From contig NC_043000.1 of the NCBI RefSeq assembly GCF_006345805.1, positions 119,970,001-120,034,000 on the forward strand: a DNA stretch of 64,000 nt, written 5' to 3'. Each line of letters opens with the position of its first letter. The stretch's first letter is position 1. The position numbers and the translations under genes are program-made. The stretch comes from Octopus sinensis. Its lineage: Eukaryota. Positions 62,200-64,000 of the stretch are shown piece after piece. The notes under the pieces were generated by a model. That model searched no databases. It was not told the DNA's origin and worked only from the letters and a program-made list of their open reading frames with translations.

Positions 62200-62630
62200 A
62201 TCGATATATCCGTCCCCCCTCCCATACTATTCCTGGGAGGGTTGTGTTGTTCAAACCCTTAGAAACCCCCTCCATAAGATTTTATCAGAAGCAACCAACA
62301 TTACATTTTCTGGCTGGATTTCCACATTTGACCAGCTAAGACTATGGATATCACCGTACTGTCTTATTCTTGGTCTGCTTCTACACGGTTGGCTTAGCTT
62401 AAAGAACCCATCTTGTAATTCTTTCTTTCCTGCAATATTCCAACCTCATGTCCATAGTACCGCTACTGCTCAATGCAAAGAAGTTTTGGCTTGATCTGGA
62501 GAGACTCTCTAGATTATGATTTATGTATTCTGTCGAGTAACATTAGTCCAGAGATCCTTCAAAGGAACCTCATTTTGGTTGCTTGTACTTGGAACTGTAC
62601 TCTTGTGATCATTATTCAACATTCATTGCC
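62200..62630 (-). mobile_element. RTE (Expander/Rex3-like) LINE 3' fragment, decayed
   Basis: Minus-strand remnant QVQATKMRFL*RISGLMLLDRI...SLQIKPKLLCIEQ..YYGH and SRPRIRQYGDIHSLSW...LWRGFLR. Confidence 0.7.
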
Positions 62631-62639
62631 ACCAGTAAG

Positions 62640-63040
62640 GATAGGCTGGCAGAATCATTAGCACGCCGGGCGAAATGCTTAGCGGTATTTCGTCTGCGTT
62701 ACGTTGCGAGTTCAAATTCCGCTGAGGTCGACTTTGCCTTTCATCCTTTCGGGGTTGATAAATTAAGTACCAGTTACGCACTGGGGTCGATGTAATCGAC
62801 TTAATACATATGTCTGTCCTTGTTTGTCCCCTCTGTGTTTAGCCCCTTGTGGGTAATAAAGAAATAGGTATTTCGTCTGCCGTTACGTTCTGAGTTCAAA
62901 TTCTGTCGAGGTTGAATTTACCTTTCTTCCTTTTGTACCAGTTACGCACTGGGGTTGATATAATCAACTTAATCTGTTTGTCTGTCCTTGTTTGTTCCCT
63001 CTGTGTTTAGCCCCTTGTGGGTAGTTAAGAAATAGGTAAG
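62640..63040 (+). mobile_element. SINE family B with duplicated 3' block
   Basis: ggctggcagaatcattagcacgccgggcgaaatgc...; gtatttcgtctg occurs twice. Confidence 0.9.
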
Positions 63041-63290
63041 GATAGGCACAGACCCCAAATTGAAGATGGCAAGTTTAGTTTTATAGTAAGACTTAAAGTT
63101 ATTGTTTTCACTGTAGCATGAGTTAGTTGTTTGAAACAGATGCTGATCCGTTAAGGTTGGCATTGCGAAAGTTTCAAACGTCAACTTCTGCCCAAATCTG
63201 AGGTGTGTTCAAAAGTAAAAGTGAAGTTAGTTGCAGTAAAGACACTGAGCTGTTAACTACCTATTTTCCAACTGCTCGCTCTCTCTTAAT

Positions 63291-63850
63291 CATCATCATC
63301 GTCATCATCGTTTAACATTCGTTTTCCATGCTGGCATGAGTTGAACTGTTTGACTGGGGACTGGCAAGTCAGGAGGCTGCACTAGGCTCCAATCTGATCT
63401 GGCAAGGTTTCTACAGCTGGATGCCCTTCCTAAAGCCAACCATTCCAAGAGTGTAGTGGGTGCTTTTTACATGTCACCAGCATGGGAGCCAGTCAGGCAG
63501 CACTGGCATCAACCATGTTCAGATGGTGCTTTTTACATGCCACCAGTACAGGAGCCAGTTGGCATAGGGTGGCATCGACCACGTTTGGATGGTACTCTTT
63601 ATATGCCACTGGCACAGGAGCAAGTTTGAGGGGGGGGGGGGCTGGTATCGACCACATTTGAATGGTGCTTTTTGAATGCCACCGGCATGGGGAGCCAGTC
63701 AGGTGACACTGGCATCGACCATGTTGAGATGGTGCGTTTTACGTGCCACCGGCACAAGAGCCAGTTTTTTGGGGGGGAGGCTGGCATCAACCACATTTGA
63801 ATGATGCTTTTTATGTGCCACCAGCATGGGGAGCCAGTCAGGTGGAACTG
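63291..63850 (-). mobile_element. RTE 3' tail with an expanded ~60-bp tandem array
   Basis: (CAT)n tail then about 6-7 units of ggagccagt...ggcatcgaccac.tt.g.atggtgctttt. Confidence 0.85.
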
Positions 63851-64000
63851 GCAACTGCCTATGCATGCATGGAAATATAACTTGGTATGGTTTTTGTAAT
63901 TATGGCTATATGACCAAACTAGTTTTAAGAACTTTGAAGCTGTTTGCCCCTTTCCTTCACTTGGGATTCCTATATTTAAGGATACTTTTAGAAATTACTT

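Noticed and set aside
63460-63850. CRISPR-like repeat-spacer appearance of ~60-bp units
   Set aside because: Degenerate tandem repeat in an RTE 3' UTR; units are not separated by unique spacers, and the context is eukaryotic with no cas genes.

Overview
AT-rich, repeat-dense eukaryotic genomic DNA, most likely intronic or intergenic octopus (coleoid cephalopod) sequence. The taxon is an inference from the tRNA-headed SINE families and microsatellite load. No complete protein-coding gene is recognisable. Nearly all ORFs in the track are microsatellite or SINE artefacts. The real coding remnants are a decayed mariner transposase and several RTE- and CR1-type LINE fragments, plus a few unconfirmed small + strand exon candidates (best at 16414-16497). 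Mobile DNA includes at least four SINE families, RTE 3' tails, Helitron/Helentron-type elements and piggyBac-type MITEs. The most striking signal is a set of minimal type I hammerhead ribozyme (HHR) folds in several unrelated short repeats. Two of these repeats carry a divergently oriented HHR pair inside a long inverted repeat (5222-5487 and 55362-55806). The first pair has a swapped G3:C8 core (GUGAACA) that standard CUGANGA searches would miss. Another HHR is near-canonical (42641-42709), and one rides inside a tRNA-headed SINE. All folds were parsed by eye, and no cleavage activity is demonstrated. Repeat boundaries are approximate unless junctions are quoted.
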